Shown piece by piece: positions 29,399-30,459 of a DNA stretch of 30,459 nt (its first letter is position 1; every line of letters begins with the position of its first letter). The notes below the pieces were generated by a model. That model saw only the letters and a list, made by a program, of their open reading frames with translations. It did no database searches and was not told the DNA's origin. The translations under genes were made by a program, and so were the position numbers. The stretch is from Coprothermobacterota bacterium (GTDB lineage Bacteria > Coprothermobacterota > HKB111), in contig JBBIUB010000016.1 in NCBI GenBank assembly GCA_037440465.1, forward strand, positions 1-30,459, written 5' to 3'.

Positions 29399-29476
29399 GC
29401 GCCCATAGCTCAATTAGGACAGAGCGATGGAGTCCTAATCCATAGGCTGCAGGTTCGATTCCTGCTGGGCGCACCA
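29399..29476 (+). tRNA. tRNA-Arg(CCT)
   Basis: GCGCCCA/TGGGCGC-ACCA; ATGGA-GT-CCT-AA-TCCAT; TTCGATT. Confidence 0.93.
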
Positions 29477-29484
29477 TATAAAAA

Positions 29485-29557
29485 GCGCCCATAGCTCAAT
29501 GGACAGAGCGTCGGACTTCGGATCCGTAGGTTGGGGGTTCAAGTCCTCCTGGGCGCA
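29485..29557 (+). tRNA. tRNA-Arg(TCG), CCA not encoded (CTA follows)
   Basis: GCGCCCA/TGGGCGC-A; TCGGA-CT-TCG-GA-TCCGT; TTCAAGT. Confidence 0.9.
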
Positions 29558-29572
29558 CTAAAAAATATATGT

Positions 29573-29648
29573 GGGCCGTTAGCTCAGTCGGAAGAGCACT
29601 TGCCTTTTAAGCAAGGGGTCGAAGGTCCGAGTCCTTCACGGCTCACCA
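29573..29648 (+). tRNA. tRNA-Lys(TTT)
   Basis: GGGCCGT/ACGGCTC-ACCA; CTTGC-CT-TTT-AA-GCAAG; T loop TCCGAGT. Confidence 0.93.
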
Positions 29649-29654
29649 TGTTTT

Positions 29655-29755
29655 ACCCACCTTATATTCTACCTTGTTATACCTTGGACTCTTACCGTCA
29701 CGAGCTAGGAACCATCCCACAGTGTGTACCTATAGTGATCTCTCTTCCTTACCGT
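29655..29755 (-). pseudogene. Remnant of a small gene, possibly GIY-YIG-like; putative terminal cassette
   Basis: Strong RBS AAAGGAGGT (29771-29763), 7 nt, then ACG in place of ATG, reading (M)VRKRDHYRYTLWDGS*; another frame gives RDGKSPRYNKVE. These resemble the two termini of a small ~80 aa family from memory. Confidence 0.45.
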
Positions 29756-29800
29756 GATTTATACCTCCTTTCTTTTTATTAAATCCTTTTTGGTAATGTT

Positions 29801-29886
29801 GCCTAATGTTCCCAATATAAAAGAAGTTTTTTGTACAGTAAAAATTTAGTTAAGCCATAGAGTAAGCCTTTTATGCTGTGTTAGAC
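29801..29886 (-). repeat. attC-like site 2 (degenerate)
   Basis: Minus strand GTCTAAC-ACAGC-ATAAAAGGCTT...ACTTCTTTTATATTGGGAAC-ATTAGGC; homologous to site 1; core GTT changed to ATT. Confidence 0.7.
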
Positions 29887-29906
29887 AAAGATTTTTTTCG
29901 AATATA

Positions 29907-30173
29907 TCATAAATATTTTTTGAATACCTTTCTAAAATGGAATCCGTAAATTGTAAAAGTTATTGCCAATAGGAAAAGTCGTGGACGCTTGAATAAAGAC
30001 CAGAAAAGTTGTATTCATATCCACAATTTTTTTCTCCCACTCTTTTGGGAGCATTGTTGCTACTGTTAATAATCCCAACGGTGGGTGAGTTGTCTTTTTA
30101 GAGATAAATTTTAGGCATACTTAAAACTCCAGAAAGTATCGGGGTGTTTTGGATAAACGAAAAGTATTTTCAT
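29907..30173 (-). pseudogene. B12-binding radical SAM (DUF4070-type) gene remnant, frameshifted and internally deleted; putative cassette gene
   Basis: [20 protein letters not shown], frameshift near 30113, [36 protein letters not shown], joined near 30006 to C-terminal [32 protein letters not shown]. Confidence 0.85.
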
Positions 30174-30222
30174 ACTATACTTTTTTTATTCATTCTTTCT
30201 TTGAAAAGCAACAAAAGGTTTT

Positions 30223-30304
30223 GCCTAACGTTCCTGATGTAAAAGAAGTCCACTGTAGGCGGATTTGGATGAAGTGAAACGAAGTCTTTTACATCATGTT
30301 AGCC
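30223..30304 (-). repeat. attC-like site 1
   Basis: Minus strand GGCTAAC-A-TGATGTAAAAGA...TCTTTTACATCA-GGAAC-GTTAGGC: AAC...GTT core boxes around a perfect 12-bp inner stem; 82 bp. Confidence 0.8.
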
Positions 30305-30459
30305 GATGCTACGTCAAGTCCTTTTTGCCTTTTAGCATAAATTAATTTATGTAAGGACTTAGCTATTTTAGCAGATTCATCAGGGTTCATAACTTGTTTC
30401 TGGTTATTGAAAAACTCGCTCAATTTAGATTGATGAATTACGGGCACTTTAGGGGAAAA
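30289..30459 (-). CDS. 3' end of an unidentified ORF running in from beyond the window; putative cassette gene
   Basis: 56 open codons FSPKVPVIHQSKLSEFFNNQKQVMNPDESAKIAKSLHK..SANMM*, with the stop inside attC-like site 1. Confidence 0.55.
   Translation of the reverse strand, partial: FSPKVPVIHQSKLSEFFNNQKQVMNPDESAKIAKSLHKLIYAKRQKGLDVASANMM

Noticed and set aside
29531..29782. 83-aa plus-strand ORF
   Set aside because: Runs through two tRNA genes and antisense to a cassette remnant
29801..30304. Palindromes read as terminators or CRISPR repeats
   Set aside because: No T tract after the stems, the copies are long and diverged, and they are separated by gene remnants rather than spacers; no CRISPR array or cas gene is seen in the window

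Overview
AT-rich bacterial chromosome segment with Terrabacteria-like gene content (SLH domains, SepF, DUF881 pair plus Sbp); the taxon cannot be fixed from sequence alone. From left to right: a decayed BsuPI-like/SLH surface-protein gene; a minus-strand GT4 glycosyltransferase and nucleotidyltransferase-phosphomannomutase-like fusion; a reduced dcw cluster (mraZ-rsmH-ftsL-pbp-murE-mraY-ftsW-murG-murB-ftsQ-DUF881x2-sbp-ftsZ-hypothetical-sepF; no murC/D/F, ddl or ftsA here); a tRNA-Ser/tRNA-Arg(ACG)/tadA/tRNA-Ser unit in which the tadA stop codon lies inside a tRNA; acpS-nnr-C26-uppP-rsmI-hypothetical-sbcD-sbcC-hsp20-alr; an internally deleted IS1202/ISNCY-type element; and a four-tRNA cluster. 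The most interesting signal is in the last ~800 bp and is missed by the ORF track: two homologous attC-like imperfect palindromes separate three co-oriented minus-strand gene units, which looks like the decaying distal end of an integron-like cassette array abutting tRNA-Lys. Family assignments come from my motif recognition, not database searches.
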